DNA of 64,000 bases from the human T2T-CHM13v2.0 reference genome, Homo sapiens, in assembly GCF_009914755.1 (NCBI RefSeq), contig NC_060941.1; one strand, given 5' to 3'. The notes under the pieces are model-generated. The model was not told the origin of the DNA, did not search any database, and saw nothing but the letters and a program-made list of their open reading frames with translations. Positions 58,670 to 64,000 of this stretch are shown here, piece by piece; position 1 is the first letter of the stretch; each line of letters begins with the position of its first letter. The translations under genes were made by a program, and so were the position numbers.

Positions 58670-58882
58670 CAGGGGTGTCAATCTTTTGGCTTCCCTGGCC
58701 CACACTGGAAGAAGAAGTGTCCTGGGCCACACATAAAATACATTAACGATAGCTGATGAGCTAAGGAATAAAAAACAAACAAACTCATAATGTCTTAAAA
58801 AAGTTTACGAATTTGTATTGCGCTGCATTCAAAGCCGTCCTGGGCTGCATGTGACTCACGAGCGACAGGTTGGATAAGCTTG
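58670..58882 (+). mobile_element. MER30 (hAT-Charlie MITE)
   Basis: caggggtgtcaatcttttggcttccctgg...ttggataagcttg; 8-bp TSD gcctaatc/gcctaatg. Confidence 0.88.
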
Positions 58883-59719
58883 GCCTAATGCTTCCTGGTT
58901 GCTTACTTTAGCCATTAGATCACATGATCTTCCCTGCACAAAATTGTTTGTGTGCATCTTGGCCAAAAGCTTGGGGGGAAATGACTTAAATAGTGTTGCT
59001 TCTGGGGAATACCTGTGTCACAGGTTTCTACTTGTTTGGTCGCAGTAGGGATTTTGATTGGCCTCCCTGCAGTTAAGGCCTCTGAGTTGGTTTTCTTGCC
59101 AAGCAAGCAGTAAGTGCCTTCTGTCAAGAAAACAGAAACATGTTGTTAGCTATTTTGAACAATGTTAGAAATACATTGCAGTGGGAAGGAGCTGCCTCTG
59201 ACTTCTGCCCACTTCTTGAAATATTTTAAGGCTAGCCGTTTGGAAACTTTATCATTCTCCAGTGTAATCACAGGGAGACTGTGCTTCCCCCAAAGCTGAG
59301 ATTTCAGGGGCCTTGTAGCAATGGACAAATTACAGGTGATTTTGGTTTGTTTGTTTATTTTTAATGATCTCTGGTTCTCTGTTTGCTAGCTTATACTGCA
59401 GCTTCCAGCTGCTTTAAGTAGACTGTGAGCAAGTGATTCTCATTCTTGTAGATTCTGCCTTCTCATTTCTGTTCTGCCTGCTGTGCTGTTGTCCTCCCTA
59501 GGTTATTCATACAGTTAAGATATTGTATTCAGTTGCTGCTGAGTGTGCTCAGAGATAGCTTCAAATATGAATTTTTATCTGGGAGAATTCCAGTTCTCCT
59601 CCCATTTGCTCCTATGTGTTTCTTTTCTTCCTTTTGTTCTCCAGAGCCAGTTGTACAAGTTTAAACTACTGAAGTGATCAAACTGTAGTACCAATTATCA
59701 GCAGTATTTATTCAGAGGC

Positions 59720-63282
<3,563 letters not shown>

Positions 63283-64000
63283 AGGGCATTCCTTTCTAAG
63301 GAATCCTTAGCAAATAAACTGGTCCTCTACAGAAGAAAGCATAAAAAAGGGACACTTGGAAGAAATTCAAAAGAAAAGAACCTGCTGAGCAGTCAAATTC
63401 CAGAAGGCCATTACTGGTGCATCTCTTGCTAATATAGTGGCCAAGAGGAATGAGAAACATGAAGTTAAAAAGGCTCAATGAAAACAAGCTAGCAGGGCTG
63501 CTAAGGAAGCAAAAAAGGCTAAGCTAGCATCTGAAAAGACCGCAATGGCTGCTGCTAAGGCAGCATCTACACAAAAGATGGTGAAGCCTGTGAAAGTGTC
63601 AGCTCCCCGAGGTGGTTCAAAACACCAAGTTGGCAGATCAGATTCTTAAAGATTGGACTGTAGAAAAATATAAATTATATTACCTAACATTTGAATAACG
63701 TATTTTAGTTTTTCAGAGGACACGTGGCAGGTTATATTGTGCTATAGAGCCTCTTCCACAAATACATTCAGTAATTAAAACAAAAAACACCAAACTCTCA
63801 ACTTACACAAAGCTTAATTGATAACTTATTAAGAAAATTTCAGATTCTATTGCAATCATTCAATCTCAAGGTGCTTTCAGGATCCATAAGTGAGAAGAAA
63901 GGTTTAATGTAGCATAGTGCCAAGTTTTGCATTACTCATATTTTCTTCTAGCGTTGTTACTATCTGGCATTCATTTCTTAACCCTAGAGGTCTTCTGGTT

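Overview
This is human (or very close primate) euchromatic DNA, recognisable as 17q12. A CpG island at about 18.6-19.65 kb is a head-to-head promoter. ACACA runs leftward on the minus strand: exon 1 encodes MWWSTLMSILRAR, and 1-18420 is its intron 1. TADA2A runs rightward on the plus strand, with two alternative non-coding first exons and coding exons 2-8 (residues 1-201, ZZ zinc finger and SANT domain); later exons lie beyond the window. The last coding exon of C17orf78 (668-745, +) is nested antisense in ACACA intron 1. An Alu-interrupted RPL24 processed pseudogene lies in TADA2A intron 8. About 40% of the window is Alu (roughly 85-90 copies by eye), plus L1, L2, MIR, MLT1 and hAT/Tc2 DNA-transposon relics. 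Almost all ORF-track entries are Alu or CpG-island artefacts. I found no wholly new gene system. The best leads are regulatory or structural: a chain of stop/start-overlapping uORFs over the ACACA start codon, promoter-dependent uORFs in TADA2A, inverted Alus framing exons 5-6 (circRNA architecture), a C-terminal PDZ-ligand motif in C17orf78, a candidate gut enhancer between direct Alus, and several templated-repair scars. Repeat boundaries and subfamily calls were made by eye and are approximate. Gene identities rest on recalled protein sequences plus splice and frame consistency.
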